From Actinomycetota bacterium (GTDB lineage: Bacteria; Actinomycetota; UBA4738; HRBIN12): a stretch of DNA of 64,000 nt. Shown here piece after piece: positions 56,948 through 64,000 of this stretch. The translations under genes were made by a program, and so were the position numbers. The stretch's first letter is position 1. The number at the start of each line of letters is the position of its first letter. The stretch covers positions 20,728-84,727 of the forward strand of contig JBAVEY010000149.1 of the NCBI GenBank assembly GCA_049587975.1. The letters run 5' to 3'. The notes below the pieces were generated by a model. It was not told the DNA's origin and did not search any database. It saw only the letters and a program-made list of their open reading frames with translations.

Positions 56948-57988
56948 TCACCCGAAGCTCATCGCGGAGCGCACGGCCTTCATCGTCTCGTCCACCACGG
57001 GGGCGACCTTGGCGTGGCCCTTGCCGAGGATCGTCTCGACGACGTCCGGCGTCTCGAACAGTTCCGCGCGGCGCGCGCGGAAGTCCGCGAAGAACGGCAC
57101 GATGCGATCGGCGAGGTTCACCTTGCAGTCGACGCACCCGAGCGCGCCGGTGCGACAGTTCTCGTCCGTCCACTCGACGATGTCCGGCGAGAACAGCTGG
57201 TGCAGCGAGAAGATCGGGCAGATCTCGGGTCGGCCAGGATCCCCGCGGCGGACCTTCTGTGGATCGGTCACGTACATCCGGACGCGCTCGCGGATCGTCG
57301 CCTCGTCGTCGCGCAGGTCGATCGTGTTGCCGTAGGACTTGCTCATCTTCCGCGCGTCGGAGCCGGGCACCGAAGGCGCGTGCGAGAGCAGGGCGCGCGG
57401 CTCGACCAGGACCTCGCCGTACATCCGGTTGAAGCGACGGACGATCTCGCGTGAGAGTTCGAGGTGCGCCACCTGGTCCTCGCCCACGGGGACGAGCTCG
57501 CCCTTCACGATCGTGATGTCGACGGTCTGGATCAGCGGGTACCCGAGGAGGCCGTAGCTCGCCACGTCGCGCTCGGTCATGTCGCGCAGGCGTTCCTTGT
57601 ACGTGGGGACGCGCTCGAGCCAGCCGAGCGGTGTGATCATGCCGAGGAGGAGCTCGAGCTCCGCAACCTCCTTCACGTCGGACTGGCGGTAGAACGTGGT
57701 GCGCTCCGGGTCAACGCCGGCCGCGAGCAGCTCGAGCACGATCGAGCGCACGTTCTCCGGGAGCTCCTCGGTGCGTTCGGCGTGCGAGGTGAGCATGTGC
57801 CAGTCGGCGACGAAGTAGAACGCCTCATGGTCCTCCTGCAGCCTGACCAGGTTCGTGATGTTTCCGAACCAGTGACCGATGTGCAGGGGCCCGGTCGGAC
57901 GGAACCCCGTGAGGACGCGGCCGTCGGCGTCTGCGGGGGCGATCGCGCCGCCCCGCGGTCCGTGCTCCTCGAGTGGGTTCGCGCTCAC
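56948..57988 (-). CDS. trpS: Tryptophan--tRNA ligase
   Basis: Class-I HIGH motif (PTGPLHIGH) and KMSKS motif (KMSKSYGN). Confidence 0.9.
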   Translation of the reverse strand: MSANPLEEHGPRGGAIAPADADGRVLTGFRPTGPLHIGHWFGNITNLVRLQEDHEAFYFVADWHMLTSHAERTEELPENVRSIVLELLAAGVDPERTTFYRQSDVKEVAELELLLGMITPLGWLERVPTYKERLRDMTERDVASYGLLGYPLIQTVDITIVKGELVPVGEDQVAHLELSREIVRRFNRMYGEVLVEPRALLSHAPSVPGSDARKMSKSYGNTIDLRDDEATIRERVRMYVTDPQKVRRGDPGRPEICPIFSLHQLFSPDIVEWTDENCRTGALGCVDCKVNLADRIVPFFADFRARRAELFETPDVVETILGKGHAKVAPVVDETMKAVRSAMSFG

Positions 57989-58033
57989 GATGCGGCCGAT
58001 GATAGCGCCCGGGAAGCTCGGGTCCGGGAGCCC

Positions 58034-58678
58034 TCAGAAGCAGTCGCTGCCGGCGGCGAGGGTGCAGGCCAGATTCGCGAACGCCTTCACGATCGATAGC
58101 AGCGGGCCGGACAGGATGAAGAAGATCACGAGGACGAACAGCACCAGGTACTGCTCGAGGTTCACGAACACCTCGCGGGGCCGGGGCGGCAGGAAGGGCG
58201 CCAGGAGCTTCGCGCCGTCCAAGCCCGGCACCGGCATCAGCTGGAACCCGAACATGAACGCGTTCACGATGAGCCACGCGAACGCGAAGGTCGCGAGCTC
58301 GCCGGTGACGCCGGCCCGGATGAGGAGGCCCGCGGGGATCGCGAGGGCGATGTTCGCGAGCAGCCCCGCGAGGACGACGTACGCCTGATCGCGCCTCGGG
58401 TTCTTGAAGTACGAGGGATCGACCGGCAGCGGCTTGGCGTAGGCGAACACCGGCAGGAGCAACTCCCCGCGCGCGGCGACGAGGACCAGCGCGAGCGCCG
58501 GCAGGATCAGCGAACCGAAGGGGTCGATCAGTGGCTTGAGGCTCAGGCTCAGTCGGCCCCAGCGTTTCGGCGTCGGGTCGCCCAACCGGACTGCGACGAA
58601 CGCGTGCGCGTACTCGTGCAGGACGAGCGCGGGCACGAGCGAGATGCCGAGGTATGCGGCGAACTTGAGGTTCTCCAC
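58034..58678 (-). CDS. M50-family site-2 protease-like membrane metalloprotease
   Basis: HEYAH (HExxH) lies in the first transmembrane helix; the protein is polytopic with an LDG motif. Confidence 0.7.
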   Translation of the reverse strand: MENLKFAAYLGISLVPALVLHEYAHAFVAVRLGDPTPKRWGRLSLSLKPLIDPFGSLILPALALVLVAARGELLLPVFAYAKPLPVDPSYFKNPRRDQAYVVLAGLLANIALAIPAGLLIRAGVTGELATFAFAWLIVNAFMFGFQLMPVPGLDGAKLLAPFLPPRPREVFVNLEQYLVLFVLVIFFILSGPLLSIVKAFANLACTLAAGSDCF

Positions 58679-59986
58679 CTACCCGTGCCACCCGTAGACG
58701 AGCGGTGGCGGCTCGACCGGCCCGTCCGTGAGCGTCATCGCAGCAGCGACGCGTTGGACGCACGCCCGGGCGTCCTGGTCGGTGCGGGCGTGCACGTGGC
58801 CGAGCTCCTGACCGCGCTCGATCCGATCCCCGATCTTGGGGAGGAAGACGATGCCGACGGCCGGGTCGATCGTGTCGCCCTTCTTCCTCCTCCAGGCACC
58901 GAGCTCGCCGCTCGCGCGGCCGAGGGCCTCCGTGTCGACGGCAGCGAGCACGCCGGCGGCTTCGGACACGATCGCACGGCGGACGGGCGCAGCCGGGAGC
59001 ACACCTTCCGGATCGTCCACGACCCGAGGCTCGCCCCCTTGCGCCTGGACCATCCGGCGGAAGGCCTCGAGCGCCTCGCCCGAATCCAGGACCGATGCGG
59101 CGCGGGCGCGCCCTTCCCCCATCGGGACGCCCGACAACCGTGAGACGGCCTCGCCGGCGAACATCACCGAGGCATCGCGCAACCGTCCCCGCAGCTCGCC
59201 CCGCAGCAGCCGAACCGCCTCAACGATCTCGAGGGCGTTGCCGATCGCCTCGCCCAAGGGCTGCGACATGTCCGTCACGGCGGCCCGGGTCGGGCGCCCC
59301 CAATCTCGCGCGAGTGCGGCGAACGTCTTGGCGAGCTCGACGGCGTCCTCGACGGTCTTCATGAAGGCTCCGTTGCCAGCCTTCACGTCGAGCAGGATGA
59401 GGTCGCTGCCGACGGCGAGCTTCTTCGACATCACACTGGACGCGATGAGCGGCAACGATGGCACGGTAGCGGTCGCGTCCCGCAACGCGTACAGTGCGCC
59501 GTCCGCCGGCACGAAGTTGGCCGTCTGCGCCGCCACGGCCGAACCGACCTCCTCCACCTGCCGCTCGAACGCCGACGGTTCCAGGTCGGTCCGCAAGCCG
59601 GGGATCGACTCGAGCTTATCGAGCGTGCCGCCGGTGTGTTGCAGTCCTCGGCCAGACAGCTTCGCGACGGCGAGCCCGAGCGCCGCGGCGACGGGTGCGA
59701 ACACGAGCGTCACCCCATCGGCCACGCCGCCGGTCGAGTGCTTGTCCACTTTCGGGCGCGAGATGCCCGAGAGAGGGAATGTTTCCCCCGAGTCGACCAT
59801 CGCGCGCGTGAGTGCGAGCGTCTCCCCGGAGTCCAGTCCGTTCACGAACGCAGCCATCAGGAACGCCGAGGCCTGGTAGTCGGGGATCTCGCCACGGGCG
59901 TAGGAGAGGACGAACGCGCGCAGATCGTCAGCATCCAGACGTCGACCATCCCGCTTGGCGGCCAGGACGTCCCGAGGATCGATCAC
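58679..59986 (-). CDS. deoA: Thymidine/pyrimidine-nucleoside phosphorylase
   Basis: Motifs KHSTGGV and TGGTLDKLE are present. The start was set at GTG 59986 (VIDPRDV...); the ORF-track N-terminal extension is an artefact. Confidence 0.85.
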   Translation of the reverse strand: MIDPRDVLAAKRDGRRLDADDLRAFVLSYARGEIPDYQASAFLMAAFVNGLDSGETLALTRAMVDSGETFPLSGISRPKVDKHSTGGVADGVTLVFAPVAAALGLAVAKLSGRGLQHTGGTLDKLESIPGLRTDLEPSAFERQVEEVGSAVAAQTANFVPADGALYALRDATATVPSLPLIASSVMSKKLAVGSDLILLDVKAGNGAFMKTVEDAVELAKTFAALARDWGRPTRAAVTDMSQPLGEAIGNALEIVEAVRLLRGELRGRLRDASVMFAGEAVSRLSGVPMGEGRARAASVLDSGEALEAFRRMVQAQGGEPRVVDDPEGVLPAAPVRRAIVSEAAGVLAAVDTEALGRASGELGAWRRKKGDTIDPAVGIVFLPKIGDRIERGQELGHVHARTDQDARACVQRVAAAMTLTDGPVEPPPLVYGWHG

Positions 59987-61191
59987 AGCCCGATCTCCCC
60001 CGCGAAGCTCGAGCCCGCGAGGTCCCACGGGACGCCGAGCAGCTCGGCGGCCGTGGCCCCGAGATCCGCGTACGTGTCGCGGTCGCCCACGTCGTACGGT
60101 CCTGCCTCGAGGCCCGCGGCCAGCAGCGGCGTGCGCTCGCGCGAGTGGTCGGTCGACGGGGTGGTCGGGTCGCACCCGTGGTCGCCGGTCAGGAACAGGA
60201 CGCCGCCGTTCAGCGCGCCCACGAGCTCCGGGATCCGGCGGTCGAGCGCCTCGATCGCGAGCGCGTAGCCCCGTGGGTCGTTGCGGTGGCCGTACTTGCT
60301 GTCGAAGTCGACCAGGTTGCTGAACACGAGCGCGGGACCGGGACGTCGGAGGTACTCGCTCGTCAGATCGACGCCGTGGTCGTTCGTATCCGAGTAGCGG
60401 GCCTCGATGAGTCCCTGTTGCGCGAAGATGTCCTGGATCTTCCCGACCCCGTACACGGCGACGCCATGCTCGAGGCATCGGTCGAGCAGGGTCGGCCGCG
60501 GTGGAGGGACCGAGAAGTCCCGGCGTTCGGGACGCCGGACGAAGGCGCCGGGCTCGCCCGTGAACGGCCGAGCGATCACCCGGCCGACGTTGTGCGCGCC
60601 GGTGAGCAGGCGCCTCGCGACCCGGCACCACTCGTACAGGGTGGGGAGCGGGACGACGTCGGTATGGGTGGCGATCTGGAACACGGAGTCGCCGCTCGTG
60701 TAGACGATCGGCCTGCCGGTGCGCAGGTGCTCCTCCCCGAGCTCCGCGATGATCTCGGTCCCCGAGGCGGGAACGTTGCCGATGATCTCGCGACCGATCT
60801 GCGCCTGGAACGGCTTGATGACCTCGGGCGGGAACCCGTCCGGGTACAGCGGGAAGGGCTCGTGCAGGACGATGCCGGCCATCTCCCAGTGCCCCGTCGT
60901 GGTGTCCTTGCCGGCCGAGCGCTCGGTGAGCCGGCCGTGCGCGGAGCCGGGCGCCGCCACGGGTTCGACGCCTGCGATCGTCGTGAGCAGGCCGAGCCCG
61001 AGCGCCCCCAGGTTCGGCGCGTGCAGCCCACCCACCGCGGCGGCCGTGTTGGCCAGCGTGTCCGAACCCGCGTCATCGTAGGCCTCGGCATCGGGCGCAC
61101 CCCCGACGCCGAACGAGTCGCAGACCAAGATCAGGACGCGCGGGACCTTCGGCGTCCCGGCGTCGGCCGCCGTCACGTCAGCGGCCCTCAC
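59983..61191 (-). CDS. deoB: Phosphopentomutase
   Basis: Metal-binding motif VLILVCDSFGVGG near the N-terminus and a GDHGCDPT-like motif. The start could instead be the internal GTG near 61146. Confidence 0.85.
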   Translation of the reverse strand: MRAADVTAADAGTPKVPRVLILVCDSFGVGGAPDAEAYDDAGSDTLANTAAAVGGLHAPNLGALGLGLLTTIAGVEPVAAPGSAHGRLTERSAGKDTTTGHWEMAGIVLHEPFPLYPDGFPPEVIKPFQAQIGREIIGNVPASGTEIIAELGEEHLRTGRPIVYTSGDSVFQIATHTDVVPLPTLYEWCRVARRLLTGAHNVGRVIARPFTGEPGAFVRRPERRDFSVPPPRPTLLDRCLEHGVAVYGVGKIQDIFAQQGLIEARYSDTNDHGVDLTSEYLRRPGPALVFSNLVDFDSKYGHRNDPRGYALAIEALDRRIPELVGALNGGVLFLTGDHGCDPTTPSTDHSRERTPLLAAGLEAGPYDVGDRDTYADLGATAAELLGVPWDLAGSSFAGEIGL

Positions 61192-61534
61192 CCAGGTGCG
61201 CGCAGTCGATGCACAGGATCGCCCACGGCAGGGCTTCCAGACGCTCGATCGAGATCGGGTTGCCGCACCGCTCGCAGACGCCGTAGGTCCCGAGCTCCAT
61301 CTTCTTGAGGGCGCGCCCGACCCAGCGCTGGTTGGCCCGGAGGGCCTTCATCACCGAGATCAGCCGTGCGCGCTCGGCGGTCGAGTGCGCGCTGTCGGCG
61401 AACCCACGCTCGACGTCGATCGCGGCGTCGTCCGAATCGGGGTCGCCGCCCTGCTCGACGATCTCCTTGCGCAGGTTCTCGCGCTGCTCCTCGAGCGCCT
61501 CGCGGAGCTCGGCGAGCTTGGCCGGTTCGATCAC
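61178..61534 (-). CDS. DksA/TraR-family zinc-finger protein
   Basis: GTG at 61534 follows AGGAGGG. A coiled-coil region is followed by a C4 finger (CERCGNPI...CIDC). Confidence 0.7.
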   Translation of the reverse strand: MIEPAKLAELREALEEQRENLRKEIVEQGGDPDSDDAAIDVERGFADSAHSTAERARLISVMKALRANQRWVGRALKKMELGTYGVCERCGNPISIERLEALPWAILCIDCAHLGEGR

Positions 61535-62475
61535 GCGGAGTCCCTCCTCTTGGCGCGCGCCCGCGGGTGGGACGTGAAGTAGACCTCCCGCAGGTGTTCC
61601 TTCGACACCAGCGTATAGACCTGGGTGGTCGCCACGCTCGCGTGGCCGAGCAGCTCCTGGACCACCCGGACGTCGGCGCCGCCCTCGAGCAGGTGGGTCG
61701 CGAACGAGTGGCGGAACGTGTGCGGGCTCACCTTCTTGGTGATGCCGGCGCCGGCGACGTGCTGCTGCACGATCCCGGCGCACCCCTGTCGGGTCAGCCG
61801 TCCGCCCCGGAGGTTGAGGAACAGCGCCGAGCGCGAGCGTGCCGTCGCGATCTGCGGACGGACCCTGGTGAGGTAGGCGGAGATGGCATCGCGTGCGTAC
61901 CGGCCGATCGGCACGTCCCGCTCCTTGCCTCCCTTGCCGAGGACGCGGACGCTCCCCTCCACGACGTCGGCATCGTCCACGTCGAGGCCGACGAGCTCCG
62001 AGATCCGAAGACCGGCACCGTAGAGCGTCTCGAGCACCGCCCGGTCCCGCATCCCCTTGGCCGACCGATCCGGCTGCGCCAGCACCCGTGCCACGTCGTC
62101 CACCGAGAGTGGCTTGGGCAACGTGCGGGGCAGCTTCGGCCTGATGACCGCGGCCGTGGGGTCGCTCGAGATCTTGCCGTCACGGAGCAGGAACCGGTGG
62201 AACGCGCGGACCGAGGACAGCGCGCGCACCACCGAGGTGGCCCGGTACGGCTTGCCGTCGCCGTGGGTGGAGGCCGAGACGGCGGCGACGTGGGCGGCGA
62301 CGGCCCGATCGTCGACCCGACGCGCGTCCGTGATGCCCCTCGTGCGGAGGAACGACGCGTAGCGCTCGAGGTCACGCCGGTACGCGGCGATCGTGTGCCC
62401 GGAAAGGCCTCGCTCCACCGTCAGGTGATCGAGGAAGCGTTGGATCTGCTTGGCGAGCGCGTCTCGAGCCGGCAT
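61531..62475 (-). CDS. xerD: Tyrosine recombinase XerD
   Basis: Active-site region HTFRHSFATHLLEGGADVRVVQELLGHASVATTQVYTLV (R..H..R..Y). The start was set at ATG 62475. Confidence 0.85.
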   Translation of the reverse strand: MPARDALAKQIQRFLDHLTVERGLSGHTIAAYRRDLERYASFLRTRGITDARRVDDRAVAAHVAAVSASTHGDGKPYRATSVVRALSSVRAFHRFLLRDGKISSDPTAAVIRPKLPRTLPKPLSVDDVARVLAQPDRSAKGMRDRAVLETLYGAGLRISELVGLDVDDADVVEGSVRVLGKGGKERDVPIGRYARDAISAYLTRVRPQIATARSRSALFLNLRGGRLTRQGCAGIVQQHVAGAGITKKVSPHTFRHSFATHLLEGGADVRVVQELLGHASVATTQVYTLVSKEHLREVYFTSHPRARAKRRDSA

Positions 62476-62492
62476 CGGGCCCGTGGACGGAC

Positions 62493-63617
62493 TCAGTTCA
62501 GCCCGTCGACGACGGTCGATAGTGGCGTGAACGTCATCGAGTGGGCCTCGGCGACACCGGGCGTGGTGACCTCGCCCGCATACACGTTCACGCCGAGCGC
62601 GAGGGCGGGATCGGCCCGGACGGCGTCCTCGAGCCCCATGGTCGCGATGTCGATCGCGTATGGGAGCGTCACGTTCGTGAGCGCATAGGTCGAGGTGTTG
62701 GGGACGGCGCCCGGCATGTTCCCGACGCAGTAGTGGACCACGCCGTGCTGCACGTACGTCGGGTCCGAGTGCGTGGTCATGTGCGAGGTCTCCATGCATC
62801 CGCCCTGGTCGATCGCGATGTCGATCGCAACGGCGCCGGTCCGCATCGACGCGATCATCTCCTCGGTCACGAGCTTCGGGGTGCGGGCCCCCGGAACCAG
62901 CACCGAACCGATCACGACGTCGGCCTCACGGACGCGCTGTTCGAGCGTGAGCCGGTCCGACATCAGCGTCATGATCCGCCCCTTGTGGATCTGGTCGATG
63001 AACCGCAACCGGTCGAGGTTCTTGTCGACGACGATCACCTCGGCCTCCATGCCCACGGCGATCCATGCCGCGTTGGAACCCGCCATCCCGGCACCCAGCA
63101 CGAAGACCTTCGCGGGCCGGACGCCGGACACGCCGCCCATGAGGATCCCCCGTCCGCCGTACTCCTTCTCGAGCAGCCTGGCGGCGACGTGGGGCGCCAT
63201 CCGGCCCGCGATCTCGCTCATCGGGGCGAGCAGCGGCAGACCACCGTCGGCGGGCTGCACCGTCTCGTACGCGACGGCCGAGACCTTGCGGTCGACCAGC
63301 GCCCGCGTGAGCTCCCTGCTCGCCGCCAGGTGCAGATAGGTGAAGACGATCTGGCCCTCGCGCAGGTGCTCGAACTCCTGCGCGATCGGCTCCTTCACCT
63401 TCATGATCATGTCCGAGCTCGCCCAGACCTCGGCGGCCGTCGAGACGATCTCCGCGCCGGCCCGCTCGTAGCGCTGCTGGGGGATGTTCGAGCCGGACCC
63501 CGCGCCCTCCTCGATCAGGACCTGGTGACCGGCGGCCGTCAGCTCCCGCGCGCCTTCGGGGGTCAGGGCCACCCGGTACTCGTTGTCCTTGACCTCTTTG
63601 GGGACCCCGACGATCAC
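62493..63617 (-). CDS. ald: Alanine dehydrogenase
   Basis: AlaDH/PNT family; start MIVGVPKEVKDNEYRVALTP, and NAD-binding motif VLGAGMAG. Confidence 0.9.
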   Translation of the reverse strand: MIVGVPKEVKDNEYRVALTPEGARELTAAGHQVLIEEGAGSGSNIPQQRYERAGAEIVSTAAEVWASSDMIMKVKEPIAQEFEHLREGQIVFTYLHLAASRELTRALVDRKVSAVAYETVQPADGGLPLLAPMSEIAGRMAPHVAARLLEKEYGGRGILMGGVSGVRPAKVFVLGAGMAGSNAAWIAVGMEAEVIVVDKNLDRLRFIDQIHKGRIMTLMSDRLTLEQRVREADVVIGSVLVPGARTPKLVTEEMIASMRTGAVAIDIAIDQGGCMETSHMTTHSDPTYVQHGVVHYCVGNMPGAVPNTSTYALTNVTLPYAIDIATMGLEDAVRADPALALGVNVYAGEVTTPGVAEAHSMTFTPLSTVVDGLN

Positions 63618-63650
63618 GGCGCCGCCTCCCGGTCCAGATGGGGCCCCAGC

Positions 63651-64000
63651 CTACCCGGGCAGGACGACCGTCCGCTCGGCGGCCTGGTCGGCCAGGGTCT
63701 TCGCCGCGCCAACGAAGTCACGGAACAGCGGGTGCGGCCGCGTGGGCCGCGACCGCAGCTCGGGGTGGAACTGCCCGGCCATGAAGAACGGATGCTCCTC
63801 GAGCTCGATGATCTCGACCAAGCGGCCGTCGGGTGACAGCCCGGAAAACACCAGGCCCTGGCCGGACAGGGCCTCGTGGTACGCGGGGTTCACCTCGTAG
63901 CGGTGCCGGTGACGTTCGTACACGACCGGTTCGCCGTAGACGCGCTCGGCCCGGGTCCCCGGGACCACGTGGCACGGCTGGGCACCCAGGCGCATCGAGC
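63651..64000 (-). CDS. pyrG: CTP synthase, C-terminal glutamine amidotransferase part (5' end outside window)
   Basis: GATase C-terminus with [11 protein letters not shown] and a FMAGQFHPE-like motif. The ORF is open to the window edge. Confidence 0.85.
   Translation of the reverse strand, partial: SMRLGAQPCHVVPGTRAERVYGEPVVYERHRHRYEVNPAYHEALSGQGLVFSGLSPDGRLVEIIELEEHPFFMAGQFHPELRSRPTRPHPLFRDFVGAAKTLADQAAERTVVLPG

Noticed and set aside
61531-62475. XerD as evidence of an integrated mobile element
   Set aside because: XerD has the full chromosomal architecture. No integrase-associated att repeats, phage or IS genes are nearby, and the flanking genes (dksA-like, deoAB, ald, pyrG) are core genes. 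It was treated as the housekeeping dif recombinase.
1-64000. CRISPR arrays, IS elements and prophage genes
   Set aside because: No regularly spaced direct repeats with unique spacers were seen. No transposase or integrase-like ORFs other than xerD were seen. No phage structural genes were seen.

Overview
This is a high-GC (about 70%) actinobacterial chromosomal segment, gene-dense, with frequent GTGA/ATGA translational coupling and no IS elements, CRISPR arrays or prophage. The core of the window is a complete Pup-proteasome locus: arc/mpa, dop, pup (C-terminal GGE, i.e. PupE), prcB, prcA, pafA, pafB, pafC, then tatA-tatC and a Ski2-like helicase (helY). Gene order from the cysteine-ligase/mshC-like gene to helY follows the classical Mycobacterium/Streptomyces arrangement.

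Left of the locus lie an ABC-F ATPase, a metal-dependent amidohydrolase, two tandem GcvT-family aminomethyltransferase paralogs, a MetV-like Cys-rich protein plus MetF (methylene-THF reductase), an HtrA-like lipoprotein protease, and a ThiS/TtuB-like domain fused to a TtuA-like PP-loop tRNA thiolase next to trmI.

Right of the locus lie an alpha/beta hydrolase, a DAG-kinase-like lipid kinase, an M24 aminopeptidase, a divergent membrane FtsH-family protease, an Lrp regulator, a compact reverse-transcriptase-domain ORF, a second amidohydrolase, a DUF4193-like protein, a fused Lnt-Ppm1, and an LAXTG sortase substrate. Further right on the minus strand are two CAP-domain paralogs, gcvPA-gcvPB, two MerR regulators, a DUF151 nuclease, hpt, a D-Ala-D-Ala carboxypeptidase, a zinc-ribbon-FHA protein, gcvH, a pgsA-like gene, tRNA-Pro(GGG), der, cmk, aroA-tyrA-aroH, rluB, scpB-scpA, trpS, an M50 protease, deoA-deoB, a dksA-like gene, xerD, ald and the 3' end of pyrG.

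The most unusual items are the orphan RT-domain gene, the ThiS-TtuA fusion with TrmI, the GcvT-GcvT-MetV-MetF demethylation-like module, the divergent FtsH and several structured or repetitive noncoding stretches. Many long alternate-frame ORFs in the supplied track are high-GC artefacts and were not annotated.
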